A DNA stretch of 64,000 nt from an uncultured delta proteobacterium (GCA_963785725.1 CAWAWS010000024.1:162151-226150); one strand, 5' to 3'; counted from the first letter of the stretch, positions 20,018 to 29,615 are shown. Numbers and translations are program-made. The notes: generated by a model from the letters alone, not told the origin.

Positions 20018-20488
20018 TTACGGTCCCGGCGGCAACGGAATCGAGCACGTCTGAAATTGCGCGTTGCACATGTTCGCCATGCAGGGGATGGCGTTGAAGA
20101 TGCTCGCGCCGAAGCCCATGAACGTCGAGCCGCAGTTGGGAATGGCGCACGCCAGCAGCGTCTGCGCGTCCATCAACGCCGCGGCCGAGTGGCCCGCTTC
20201 GCAACCTTCGATGCAGCCCGTGTCCGACGAGATGCAGCTGTCGATGACGCACTCGAGGATGGAGCCGCATTCCTTCTCGACCAACAAGTCGACATTGGAC
20301 AGCAACATGTCGAGCGGCTGCGGCGCCATGTCGAGCGGCTGCGGCGCGGCCAGGTCGAGCGCAGGCTGCGGCGCCATGTCGACGACCGACGGGACACCGG
20401 TCGGCAGCGAACGACTGGCGCAGCCGGAGACGGCGAACGCGCCCACCAACGTCGCCCCGAGCCACATCGCCGGCAAACGACTACGCAT
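20018..20488 (-). CDS. Cys-rich lipoprotein with DMA/DLA linker repeats
   Basis: AVSGC lipobox; DMAPQPA/LDLAAPQP/LDMAPQP repeats (20306-20382); C-terminal Cys cluster. Confidence 0.75.
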   Translation of the reverse strand: MRSRLPAMWLGATLVGAFAVSGCASRSLPTGVPSVVDMAPQPALDLAAPQPLDMAPQPLDMLLSNVDLLVEKECGSILECVIDSCISSDTGCIEGCEAGHSAAALMDAQTLLACAIPNCGSTFMGFGASIFNAIPCMANMCNAQFQTCSIPLPPGP

Positions 20489-21250
20489 GAGTCCCCTGAT
20501 ACCACGCGGCTACGTCGCCTGCTCGTGATCCACCTCGCATCTGGCGGAGAGTCGGCTGCCCGAGCGTGGCGCGTTGGCTGGACAGGGCCAACGTCGAGCC
20601 GGCCGAGGTGCTCGTTCGCGAGCAGCAGAAGCGATGAGGAGCTGCCAGAGGTAGCACTCGCACGCAGCTTTCTCGCCGCCGATAACCTCCGCATGTTCGT
20701 GATCGAGTCGAAGACACCGACGGGAGCGGTCCACCACTCGATCGTGTGATAGGGTCGCGAAGAGTCGAAGTGACTTTCGCGCACCTCTGTGATCACTTCG
20801 CGAAATGCTTCTAGTTCTGCGGCTGTCGCCGCCTGGGGCGATCAAGTTCGCGATGCCATTTATTCGACGAGCATTCGTGTCGAGATTGAGCGGCTGATAA
20901 AGACGCTGAAGGAGCTCGCTGAGCACGCCGAGAAATCGACCGCGCCTCACTGAAACTCTCGCATGGCCGCAAAACAAGAAATGTCGGCTCTATCAGTCGC
21001 AAGTCGCGCGCGCGCAAGCGCTGAGCGCTCAGCTCGGTGACGAAGCACGCTCGTGCTGATGCTCACGCGTCGTAGAGCGATCGCGCATGTGCTGCAATCC
21101 ACACCGTCGGAGAGCTGCGACACATTCGCCTGTTGCCACTGAATTGACAGTGACCAGGCGTCGTAGTCTTCATGGCAACAACGACTGCCTAACGCTGCGG
21201 GGATGCCTCGTGACCGCGCTGAACGTGAGCTCGCAGCGCGAGATCGCTAG

Positions 21251-21266
21251 CGGCACGCGCGCTGCA
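21251..21266 (+). promoter_or_regulatory. Putative sigma54 promoter of the lanthipeptide precursor
   Basis: CGGCAC-GCGCG-CTGCA (GG-N10-GC), ~45 bp upstream of the GTG start. Confidence 0.55.
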
Positions 21267-21311
21267 ATAACGTGCGCCACCCGCAATCGGGCAACCCCTA
21301 GGAGGCCAGAC

Positions 21312-21491
21312 GTGAAGAAGACGATCAGCAAACAGAAGCTCTCGCTCAACAAGGAAACGCTGAGCAAGCTCAACAACAACGAGATGACCCAGGTCAACGG
21401 TGGCATCGGCACGGTCGGCTTGGTCTGCCATCCGCGTCAGACGTTCGGCGCCGGCTGCGAAACGAACCGACCGCCCGGCAACTTGTGCTGA
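21312..21491 (+). CDS. Class I lanthipeptide-like precursor (59 aa, double-glycine leader)
   Basis: AGGAGG RBS then GTG; leader KKTISKQKLSLNKETLSKLNNNEMTQVNGG; core IGTVGLVCHPRQTFGAGCETNRPPGNLC; directly upstream of LanC. Confidence 0.88.
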   Translation: MKKTISKQKLSLNKETLSKLNNNEMTQVNGGIGTVGLVCHPRQTFGAGCETNRPPGNLC

Positions 21492-21496
21492 TCACG

Positions 21497-21537
21497 ACCG
21501 GGCCCCAAGGCGCAATCCTTGGGGCCCGGTTCTTTTT
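21497..21537 (+). terminator. Strong hairpin between precursor and lanC
   Basis: 14-bp stem ACCGGGCCCCAAGG/CCTTGGGGCCCGGT, 6-nt loop, then TCTTTTT. Confidence 0.8.
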
Positions 21538-21559
21538 CATCAACATCAGCGAGGAATCG

Positions 21560-22798
21560 ATGGCCAGGACGCGCGCGCGCTGGATGCCGATCGTCGACGG
21601 TCAAGCTGCCGCAGGCATCCGCCGCGTCGTGCTCGATATCGCCGACGTGCTGCGCGACTCGCGCAAGCACGCCGCGTTCCCCAACGGCGCCGCGGCGCGC
21701 GCGCTGTTCTTCGGTTATCTCGCCGACGCTTGGCCGGACGACGCGTGGAGCGGCCTCGCCGGCGCTTGCCTCGACGCCGCGATCAGCCAGATCAGCGACG
21801 AGGAGATGGCGCCGCTGTTGTTCAACGGCTTCGCCGGCACCGCCTGGGTCGTCGAGCACCTGCAGGGGCATCTGCTCGACTCCGACGACGCGGATCCGAA
21901 CGAGGCGATCGACGAAGCGCTGCTGGAGCTGACCGCGCGCTCGCGACCGCACGACACGAACGAGCTGATGTACGGCCTGGCCGGCCTCGGAGTGTACGCC
22001 TGGGAGCGACGGCATCGTCCGTCGGCGCGCGTTCTGATCGAGCAGGTCGTGGCGCGGCTCGACGAGCTCGCCGTGGCGCGCGACGGCGGCCGCACCTGGC
22101 TGACCCTGCCCGAGGCGCTCCACCCCGAGGTGCTACCGGATCACCCCGAAGGACGCATCACGCTGGGCACGGCGCACGGGGTGCCCGGAACGCTGGTGCT
22201 GCTGGCGCTGGCGTGCGAGTCCGGTATCGCCGTCGAGCGAGCGCGGCCGTTGCTCGAGGACGTCGTGCGCTGCCTGCTGGCGCAGCGCAGCGCCGGCGCG
22301 CTTTCGATCGTGCCGCGCTGGATTGATCTCGCGACCGGCGTCGCGCTGCCGTCGCGCGCCGCCTGGTGCTACGGCGATCCCGGCGCCGGCGCGGCGCTGC
22401 TGTGGGCCGCGCGCGCGGTCGGCGTGAACGCATGGGAGCAGGCGGCGCTCGAGATCATGGCGCGCGGTGCGGCGCATTCGCTCGACTCGTCGGGCGTGGT
22501 CGATGCCGGCATCTGCCACGGCGCCGCCGGATTGACGCACCTATTCAACCGCGCGTTTCAAGCCACCGGCAACACGTGCTTACGCCAGTCAGCGCTCACC
22601 TGGCTCGATCACACGCTCGCCTATCGGCGGCTCGGCGGAGCGTGCGCAGGTTTCTTGGCGCAGGGAGAGTCGGGCCTAGTCGAGGACGAGTCGCTGCTCA
22701 GCGGAATCGCCGGCATCGGCATGACGTTGCTCGCGGCGATCGCAGCCGTCGAGCCCGAGTGGGACCGCGTGTTCGCCTGCGCCGTCCCGCCGCGATGA
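21560..22798 (+). CDS. lanC: Lanthionine synthetase C (LanC) cyclase
   Basis: LFNGFAG, LMYGLAG, GTAHGVPG, AWCYGDPG, GICHGAAG, LLSGIAGIG, WD; GAGGA RBS. Confidence 0.92.
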   Translation: MARTRARWMPIVDGQAAAGIRRVVLDIADVLRDSRKHAAFPNGAAARALFFGYLADAWPDDAWSGLAGACLDAAISQISDEEMAPLLFNGFAGTAWVVEHLQGHLLDSDDADPNEAIDEALLELTARSRPHDTNELMYGLAGLGVYAWERRHRPSARVLIEQVVARLDELAVARDGGRTWLTLPEALHPEVLPDHPEGRITLGTAHGVPGTLVLLALACESGIAVERARPLLEDVVRCLLAQRSAGALSIVPRWIDLATGVALPSRAAWCYGDPGAGAALLWAARAVGVNAWEQAALEIMARGAAHSLDSSGVVDAGICHGAAGLTHLFNRAFQATGNTCLRQSALTWLDHTLAYRRLGGACAGFLAQGESGLVEDESLLSGIAGIGMTLLAAIAAVEPEWDRVFACAVPPR

Positions 22799-22814
22799 TG
22801 GCAGGTATTCGGTT

Positions 22815-22991
22815 GTGAAAACGCCGAGCCGCAAAGCTCACGCGCTGAGCGCCTATCTGGTGCGCTGGTTCGAGGTGCAGCAGGTGCTATTGCTGGTCGT
22901 GACGGCTGGCTTCATGGCGTTGCCTGTCGTCCTGGCCTCGCGCGGGATCAGCATGACGACGTGCTTGCTGGCGCTGACGCTAGGTGTGTAG
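22815..22991 (+). CDS. Small hydrophobic ORF (58 aa), possibly a truncated membrane protein
   Basis: GTG...TAG reading VKTPSRKAHALSAYLVRWFEVQQVLLLVVTAGFMALPVVLASRGISMTTCLLALTLGV. Confidence 0.4.
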   Translation: MKTPSRKAHALSAYLVRWFEVQQVLLLVVTAGFMALPVVLASRGISMTTCLLALTLGV

Positions 22992-23054
22992 TCCCGCAGT
23001 GTGACGGTGCACTAACTCCCACGATTCGATTCAACTAATGCCGCCTCGACGGGC

Positions 23055-23420
23055 GTAAGCGTTCGTCGAACGACGTCTCTGAGGGTGGCCCGAGGCGCCG
23101 AGGCGTTGCGGTTCGAGCTCAGGGAACCGTGTCGAGCGTAGCGAGGGAGGACGGACCGAGCGTAGCGCGACGATAGATATTCGCGTCGAGGCGTTGCTGC
23201 ACCTCGGGCCTCTCCAGTGTCCGACTCCAGTGCGCCGGCGTCAGCTCGAGTACGCGACTCTTCCGCCAGCTCGGCATCAGGCAGAACAAGTCGCGCAAGT
23301 AGCTCCACGGCTCGATGCCGTGCATCTGGCAGCTCGCCAAGAGCGACACGAAGGCCGCGTTGACTTCGCCGGTGTCGTCGTCGCCCACGAAGAGCCAGTT
23401 TTTCCGACCGACAGCCTCCT
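23055..23420 (-). mobile_element. IS66 remnant: TnpC C-terminus plus one terminal end
   Basis: AVGRKNWLFVG...SLLASCQMHGIEPWSYLRD...LTPAHW; GTAAGCGTTCG terminus at 23055 (IS66 ends begin GTAA). Confidence 0.85.
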
Positions 23421-23661
23421 GTCGCGCGGCTGGCGCCTGCGCCGCCGCTAGCACCTCGTTCCAACGCGTTGCCAGCCACCGGGCATGATCGTCGCGGTCG
23501 AGGCTCAGCTTGAGCATCACCGCGCGTCCGCCGCGCGTTACCAGCTGCACGGACACTACTCTTTTGCGCTGGCCCCCGCCGACGGAAACGTTTCGCTCGG
23601 CGGGCTCAAAGCGCTCGATTCACGTCATTCTGCGTGACCGTCACGCTCAGAGCGAGTGACG

Positions 23662-24978
23662 CTAGCGATTGAAGGGGGACTCGTTGATCAGGTGAAAGCC
23701 GCGATTGATGAGCAGCATATCCTTGTCGTCGACCTTTTTGAGGGTCACCTTCACCTCGTCATTGTCGAAAGGCACGAACTTGCCGCTCAGCACGATGTGG
23801 CTGTCGTCGGGCATCGCGAACGTCATGAAGTGATGATCGGGATCGTCGGTCCACTGCTCGATCTGTCCGTCCTTGACCTCGCCGAACTCCTGCCTCGTAC
23901 CGTCGACGAACCGAACCATGCCGCCCCGCCGCCCGATGGCCAGGGCGCGCCAGCGCTTGGGATCGTCGAGCCGCTGCTCGACGACGTGGCCGCGGCGAAC
24001 GAGTTGCTCGACCTCGTAGGCGCCGTACTCCTTCGGTTTGGGGGCGCTGTCGCCGTAGAGCTGCATCGCCTTGATCGACCCATGGATGAATTGAAAGCCG
24101 AGAAAACCGATTAGGCCGTATTTGACGATTCGGCGAGCCCACAAGCCGCGCGCCGACGCCGGCCGCCAGATCTTCAGCGACGGTGTCGTGGAACGATGCA
24201 GGACCAAGACATCGACCAGCCGCCTCGCGTCCGGCAACAGTAGCCACACGGCCATCAACAGCAGGTGGGACGAGAGCAGCTTGACCGGCACGTCGTAGCA
24301 AAAGTTGAGCATCACAACGTTGGTCATCACCGCGATCACCACGAGCGAGCCGAGCGTCGTCGTGCGGCGGAACAGCAGCAACAGACCGCCTAGCACCTCT
24401 GATAAGCCGCCGAAGATGGTGTAGGCAGTCGACACGCCCATGAACGCCCACAGAATGCCCATGGGCGACGATTCGCCGTAGGTCTCGACGAGCCGCGACG
24501 GCGCGGGCAGCGGGAACTGCAGCTTGAAGACCTTCGCGAAGCCGTAGCTCAGCATTTGATACGCCAGCGCATAGCGCACCCACACCCGCAAGATGGCGTG
24601 GAGCCGCTCGTACTGTGTGCGCCTGCGATCGACGACCGACCACACCGCCACGGCGACGAGCGCCGTGACGGCCCAGAATCCGTCGAGCAGCCAGTCATAG
24701 AGCGTGTCGCCGCTGCCATTGGTGAAGTTGTCGATGGCCTTGGGCAGGTGCAGGACGTGCTTGCCAAGCCACGGGATGAGCGTGTGCCACAGCTTGTTGA
24801 GCGTGAGCCAATCCCAACCAAACTGTGAGTTGCTGGCGAGGGAGAACGAGTAGAGCGCCACGTACGAGAACAAGAAGCGGAAGGCGAAACGGCGCGCCGC
24901 CGACCACGCGATCGGCGGCGGCGACACCGTGGGCGCAGGAGGCGACAGCGGTTCGACGAGCGCGGTAACTGTGTTCAT
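23662..24978 (-). CDS. DoxX-like integral membrane protein
   Basis: TNGSGDT, YGFAKVFKLQFP, SPMGILWAFMG, NFCYDVPVKL, LINRGFHLINESPFNR. Confidence 0.8.
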   Translation of the reverse strand: MNTVTALVEPLSPPAPTVSPPPIAWSAARRFAFRFLFSYVALYSFSLASNSQFGWDWLTLNKLWHTLIPWLGKHVLHLPKAIDNFTNGSGDTLYDWLLDGFWAVTALVAVAVWSVVDRRRTQYERLHAILRVWVRYALAYQMLSYGFAKVFKLQFPLPAPSRLVETYGESSPMGILWAFMGVSTAYTIFGGLSEVLGGLLLLFRRTTTLGSLVVIAVMTNVVMLNFCYDVPVKLLSSHLLLMAVWLLLPDARRLVDVLVLHRSTTPSLKIWRPASARGLWARRIVKYGLIGFLGFQFIHGSIKAMQLYGDSAPKPKEYGAYEVEQLVRRGHVVEQRLDDPKRWRALAIGRRGGMVRFVDGTRQEFGEVKDGQIEQWTDDPDHHFMTFAMPDDSHIVLSGKFVPFDNDEVKVTLKKVDDKDMLLINRGFHLINESPFNR

Positions 24979-25351
24979 GGCAACAGTAGACCATTGCCGA
25001 GGCTCGCCTTTCCGCGACTGCGATCACAGCAGGGCTAGCCGCGGCGGCAGCAGCGGCGAGTGCGAGGATTTCGCCAGCAAGCGCCCGAGCGCGCCCGCGA
25101 GTGTTCGGTTGGGCGATGGAACGGGCCGGCGCAGCGAGCCGAGGGTCCCGACTCCCGTCGGTGGCGGAGCACTTTGGGGCTCGAAAAAGTGCCACGGTTG
25201 ATGCCACGCGGGCCTGGATTTCAAGGTTTCGAAGCGGGTCGAAAGGGACAGAACTGGACCGGGGCTGGCAACGCAATCAACAGCAAAAAAACGAATAGAT
25301 ACGTCGCAAGCCAGCGTCGTGCCTCAGTTTGTCGTTGTCTGCCATTGACGA

Positions 25352-25390
25352 GTTCAAGCCCCGTCAGTCACCCCATCACGAAGGCCCTAA
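25352..25390 (+). repeat. att-like copy of the tRNA-His 3' end and terminator left arm
   Basis: GTTCAAGCCCCGTCAGTCACCCCATCACGAAGGCCCTAA, 38/39 identical to 19709-19747. Confidence 0.9.
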
Positions 25391-25483
25391 ACTGCGGTTA
25401 GACCCGAGCGAGCCGGTCTCTGCGTCCCTAGCACTTGACGTGACGTGTGAGCCAAGACTCGCGGCTTACCGGTCTCGGCTCGG

Positions 25484-25526
25484 CGCAATTTTTGCGGCGG
25501 CGGGGCTCGGCCACGCCATTCTTGCG
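25484..25526. promoter_or_regulatory. Tandem putative enhancer boxes upstream of the CBS gene
   Basis: CGCAATTTTTGCG (25484) and CGCCATTCTTGCG (25514), 30 bp apart. Confidence 0.55.
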
Positions 25527-25600
25527 CGAGATGGCCGTTGGCGGCAGCGCGCGCCGGCGTCTTCGCGTCGCACGACCGCGCGCATACTGCGTTCCCGACC

Positions 25601-25615
25601 TGGCGCACCGCTTGC
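25601..25615 (+). promoter_or_regulatory. Sigma54 promoter of the CBS-domain gene
   Basis: TGGCGC-ACCGC-TTGC, near-consensus -24/-12. Confidence 0.7.
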
Positions 25616-25628
25616 TCTGACGCGGCAC

Positions 25629-26435
25629 ATGCTGGCACAGAGACACGAAGCGCTCATCGAGCCGTGCGTCGACGAGCTGATGACCGCGCGACCGATCGTC
25701 GTCTCGGCCCGCGACAGCATCGCCGTTGCCGTCGAGCGTCTCCGCGCCGGCCGCGTCCGACACCTGCCGGTCATGGACGGCAGCCGCCTGGTCGGGTTGA
25801 TTACGCTTCGCGACGTGCTGCTCGCCGACGCGTCGGCGTCGGTCGCCGACGTGACGCGTCGCCCCATTTGGACGGTCTCGCCCGCCGTCGGCATTCGCCA
25901 GGCGTGCGAGCTTCTCCTCGCGCCTGGGATTTCGTGCCTACCGGTCGTCGATGGCGGCGTCCTCGTGGGCATCTTCACTCGCACCGACGCGCTCAAATTC
26001 GTGCTGTCCGTCCTCGACCTCGAGCAGCTGTCGAATCGCGGCGGACCGACGGTGGCGCAGCTCATGACCAGCCCGCCGACGGAGGTCACGAGCGCGACCA
26101 CGACGCTCGACGAAGCCTGGCGGCAGATGCGAGCGACCCAAGCGCGCTACCTGCCGGTCATGTGTCTCGACGCCGTCATCGGCATTCTCGGCGAGCGCGA
26201 CGTGCTGCTGGCGTCTCGCCTCGCGCCCAACGGCTCGATGACGTCCGCGCCGCTCGTGGTCGACGCCATGAGCCCCGGCGTGCGGCTGATCCGCGACGAA
26301 TCCTCGGCATGGGAAGCGGCGCGGAGCTTGTTGAAGCATCGCTCGGGCGCCTTGGTGGTGCTGCACGACTCGAAGCTGCGCGGCGTCATCACGGGCGCCG
26401 ACTTCTTGCGCTGGCTGTTACGCGCGCGGACCTGA
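25629..26435 (+). CDS. Tandem CBS-domain protein (four CBS motifs)
   Basis: RHLPVMDG.RLVGLIT, CLPVVDGG.LVGIFT, YLPVM...IGIL, LRGVITGADFL. Confidence 0.9.
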   Translation: MLAQRHEALIEPCVDELMTARPIVVSARDSIAVAVERLRAGRVRHLPVMDGSRLVGLITLRDVLLADASASVADVTRRPIWTVSPAVGIRQACELLLAPGISCLPVVDGGVLVGIFTRTDALKFVLSVLDLEQLSNRGGPTVAQLMTSPPTEVTSATTTLDEAWRQMRATQARYLPVMCLDAVIGILGERDVLLASRLAPNGSMTSAPLVVDAMSPGVRLIRDESSAWEAARSLLKHRSGALVVLHDSKLRGVITGADFLRWLLRART

Positions 26436-26491
26436 GCCGAGCGTCAGCCTTGGCGAGCTCGACCGCACGACGTCGACGATGATTTCGAGCG

Positions 26492-26866
26492 TCATTTACA
26501 GTGCAGCGCGACCGCCGCGAAGACTTTGTCGATCTTCATCGGCTTGGCGATAAAGGGCAGCTGCAGCTCCGCCGCCTTCGTCATCAAGTCGCCGTCGGCC
26601 GAGATGAGCACGACTGGAATCTGCGCCAGCTGCGGGTCTTGGCGCTGCGCGTGGCGAAAGTCGGCGCCGCTCATCACCGGCATCATCAAGTCGAGCAGAA
26701 TGACGCACGGCCGAACACCGCTGCGCAGCTTCGCCAGCGCCTCGGCGCCGTGCTCCGCGGTCACGACCAGATAGCCTTCGATGTCGAGCACGTCGATGAG
26801 CGACTCGCGAATCCCCTCGTTGTCGTCGACGACGAGGACGGTGCGACAGTGATCGAGCGAGCCCAT
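26492..26866 (-). CDS. Single-domain response regulator
   Basis: VLVVDD, ILLDLMMP, KP. Confidence 0.92.
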   Translation of the reverse strand: MGSLDHCRTVLVVDDNEGIRESLIDVLDIEGYLVVTAEHGAEALAKLRSGVRPCVILLDLMMPVMSGADFRHAQRQDPQLAQIPVVLISADGDLMTKAAELQLPFIAKPMKIDKVFAAVALHCK

Positions 26867-26882
26867 GGCTGCCCTCATCGTA

Positions 26883-28433
26883 TCACGCGCGGCGCTGCTC
26901 ACCGCGCTGCGCGCCTGTCTTGGCCAGCGGCAACGTGACGACGAAGTTGGCGCCCGAGCCGGGCTCGCTCTCGACGCCGATGCGGCCGCCCAGCGACTCG
27001 ACGATCAAGCGGACAATCCACAGCCCGAGGCCGAGCCCGCCGTAATGAGTGATGGGCACCGCCCGCGCAAAGCGCTCGAAGATGCGCTCTTGATCCTCGG
27101 CGGCGATGCCGATGCCGTGATCGCGCACTTCCAGCACGGCGTCGCCGTCACGTCGCTGAAGGCGGACCTCGATCGGCTTGCCCGCGCCATACTTGATCGC
27201 GTTGGACAGGATGTTGGTGACCACCTGCTCCATTCGCTTGCCATCCCACTGTCCGATCAGCTCCTCTTGCAGCTCCAACCGAACCTGACCGCGCTCCGCC
27301 AGGTCATATTCGAAGCGTTTGACCACGTCGCGGACGAGGCGCGCGGCATCGACCGGGCCGAGCTCGAGCCGGAGCTGCCCCGACACGACGCGGCTGACAT
27401 CGAGCAGGCTCTCGACGAGCTGCGCCAGACAGTCGAGCTGCCCCTCGATCGCATCGACGCGCTCGACCAGCTTGCGGAAACCGTCGGCGTCCGGCAGCCC
27501 TTTTTTGACCAGCCGCTGAATGCCGCTCAAGCGGAGCTGCACGCTCGTCAGCGGCGTCTTGAGCTCGTGCGACGCGATCGACAGGAATTCGTCGCGCATG
27601 CGCACCGCCTCTTCGGCGCGCGCCAGCCGTAGCCGCTCTTCGTTGGCCTGGCGTCGCTCGGTGAGGTCGCGCGTGACCTTGGCGAAGCCGACGAGCTGGC
27701 CCGTGCTGTCGCGCATGGCGCTGATGACGACGTTGGCCCAAAAGCGCGAGCCGTCCTTGCGTACGCGCCAAGACTCCTCCTCGAAGCGGCCTTCGGCGGC
27801 GGCGATCGCCAGCTCGCGCTCGCACTTGCCCGCCCGCACGTCGTCGAGGGGATAGAAGATCGAGAAGTGCCGTCCGATGATCTCGGCGGCGGTGTACTGC
27901 TTCGTCCGGCGAGCGCCTTCGTTCCAGGTGGCGACATGCCCGGTCGGGTCGAGCATGAAGACGGCGTAGTCGCAGATGCCGTCGACGAGCAGCCGCAGAC
28001 GCTGCTCACTCAGGCGCAGCTGCTCTTCCGTCTGTCGTCGTTCGCTCAGGTCACGCGAGATCTTGCAGAAGCCGTCGAGCCGGCCGCCGGCGCCGCGCAG
28101 CGGCGTGACGACCACCGACGCCCAGAAGCGCGAGCCGTCCTTGCGATGCCGCCAGCCCTGTTCCTCGTAGACCCCGACGCGTGCGGCGATCTCCAGCTCT
28201 TGTCTCGGCTTGGCGGTGGCGCGATCTTCCTCGGAATAGAACAGCGAGAAGTGCCGGCCGACGATCTCGTCGGCGTCGTACTGCGTCATGAGCCGCGCGC
28301 CCTCGTTCCACGTGACGACGTTGCCTTCACGATCCAGCATGACGATGGCGTATTCCCGAACACTTTTGACGAGCAGAAAACGCTCGATGTGCTCCTCGAT
28401 TCCCCGCCCGCCCTCAGCCGATGCATCGTTCAT
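26883..28433 (-). CDS. PAS-PAS sensor histidine kinase
   Basis: Two WNEGA...GRHFS.FY...RKDGSRFWA PAS/PAC units, SHELKTPL, NAIKY, GLGLGL. Confidence 0.93.
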   Translation of the reverse strand: MNDASAEGGRGIEEHIERFLLVKSVREYAIVMLDREGNVVTWNEGARLMTQYDADEIVGRHFSLFYSEEDRATAKPRQELEIAARVGVYEEQGWRHRKDGSRFWASVVVTPLRGAGGRLDGFCKISRDLSERRQTEEQLRLSEQRLRLLVDGICDYAVFMLDPTGHVATWNEGARRTKQYTAAEIIGRHFSIFYPLDDVRAGKCERELAIAAAEGRFEEESWRVRKDGSRFWANVVISAMRDSTGQLVGFAKVTRDLTERRQANEERLRLARAEEAVRMRDEFLSIASHELKTPLTSVQLRLSGIQRLVKKGLPDADGFRKLVERVDAIEGQLDCLAQLVESLLDVSRVVSGQLRLELGPVDAARLVRDVVKRFEYDLAERGQVRLELQEELIGQWDGKRMEQVVTNILSNAIKYGAGKPIEVRLQRRDGDAVLEVRDHGIGIAAEDQERIFERFARAVPITHYGGLGLGLWIVRLIVESLGGRIGVESEPGSGANFVVTLPLAKTGAQRGEQRRA

Positions 28434-28493
28434 CAGCTCACCCCAGCCGCCTACTATAGGGCTGCACCGCGCATTTGTCGCTGCGGCAATTTG

Positions 28494-29615
28494 TCACGGC
28501 TCGCGCGCGCGCAGCGGCAGCCGTAAGACGAAGCGCGCGCCGCCCGCGCCGCCGGCCTCGACGGAGATCGTGCCGCCGTGTTGCTGCACGATGGCGTGGA
28601 CCATCGGCAGACCGAGGCCGGTGCCGCTGTCCTTCGTCGTGAAGAACGGCTCGAAGATGCGCTCGCGCAGCTCGGGCGCGATTCCCGGGCCGCTGTCCTC
28701 GATCGCCAACGAGAGGTCGGCTCCATCGAGGCGGGCATCGAGCCGAACCTGGCCGCCGCTCGGCGTAGCCTGAATGGCGTTCAAGACGAGGTTCATGAGC
28801 GCTTGCTGCAGCCGTGGCTCGTCGACTTCGGCCAGCGGCAGATGCTCGATGTTCGCCTCCAAGGTCACCTGCGCCTGCACCGCTTGTGGTCGCAAGAGGT
28901 CGACGACGTAGCGGATGGTCGCGCTCAGGTCGGTCGGCTCGCGGACGATCTCGCGCGGCCGGGCGAACTGCAGGAATTCGTCGAGGAACGCCGCCAGTCG
29001 CTTGATCTCGGCCTGCACGATGACGAGCGGCTCGAAGGTGTCGGCCGGCAGCTCGGGAATCCGCTTGAGCCGGCGCTCCAGTACCATGAGCTGCAGCGCC
29101 GCGGCATTGAGCGGGTTCTTGATCTCGTGCGACAGGCCCGCAGCCAGCGTGCCTACCGCCGCCAGCTTCTCGGCGCGCCGCGCCCGACGGCCGAGCTCGC
29201 GCCGCTCTTGCACCAGCCGCACGTGCTCGACCGCCTGCTCGACCGTCAGCAGCAGATCGTCGGGCGGCGTCGGCTTGACGAGGTAGGCGAACGCGCCGGC
29301 TCGCACCGCGGCCGCCGCCGACTGCGTGCTGGCGTGACCGGTCAAGAGGATCACCTCCGAGTCGGGCGCGTCGTCCTTGAGCTCGCGCGCCAGCGTGGTG
29401 CCGTCGCCGTCGGGCAGGCGCAGATCGACGAGCGCGACGTCGAAGCCCGCGGCCGCTTGCACGCGCGCCGCGGCGTAGCCATGTGTACGCAGGGCGCGGT
29501 AGCCGGCGTCCTCGAGGATCTCGGCCAAATTGTCGACGAGCGCCACGTTGTCGTCGACGAGCAGAATGACGCCGCGCGGCCGGTCGCCTGTCGCTCCGAA
29601 AGATGCGCTGGGCAT
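28494..29615 (-). CDS. Hybrid REC-histidine kinase
   Basis: N-terminal receiver (VDD, DLRLPD), [20 protein letters not shown]. Confidence 0.92.
   Translation of the reverse strand: MPSASFGATGDRPRGVILLVDDNVALVDNLAEILEDAGYRALRTHGYAAARVQAAAGFDVALVDLRLPDGDGTTLARELKDDAPDSEVILLTGHASTQSAAAAVRAGAFAYLVKPTPPDDLLLTVEQAVEHVRLVQERRELGRRARRAEKLAAVGTLAAGLSHEIKNPLNAAALQLMVLERRLKRIPELPADTFEPLVIVQAEIKRLAAFLDEFLQFARPREIVREPTDLSATIRYVVDLLRPQAVQAQVTLEANIEHLPLAEVDEPRLQQALMNLVLNAIQATPSGGQVRLDARLDGADLSLAIEDSGPGIAPELRERIFEPFFTTKDSGTGLGLPMVHAIVQQHGGTISVEAGGAGGARFVLRLPLRAREP

Larger units (their letters stand above)
19709..25390. mobile_element. Decayed genomic island integrated at the tRNA-His 3' end
   Basis: 39-bp direct repeat with 1 mismatch at 19709-19747 and 25352-25390; accessory genes and an IS relic between them; no intact integrase. 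Confidence 0.85.

Noticed and set aside
19683..20054. 123-aa ORF, and the N-terminal extension of the CBS ORF from 25329
   Set aside because: Both read through tRNA/att sequence (shared FKPRQSPHHEGP); the CBS gene more plausibly starts at ATG 25629 after its sigma54 promoter
20490..21240. Hidden lanB or other gene upstream of the precursor
   Set aside because: Only short broken frames (e.g. ...AVAAWGDQVRDAIYSTSIRVEIERLIKTLKEL) with no recognisable family; too short for a dehydratase
25352..25390. Second tRNA-His gene
   Set aside because: Only the T-loop to CCA is present; no D or anticodon arm, so it is an att-like duplicate
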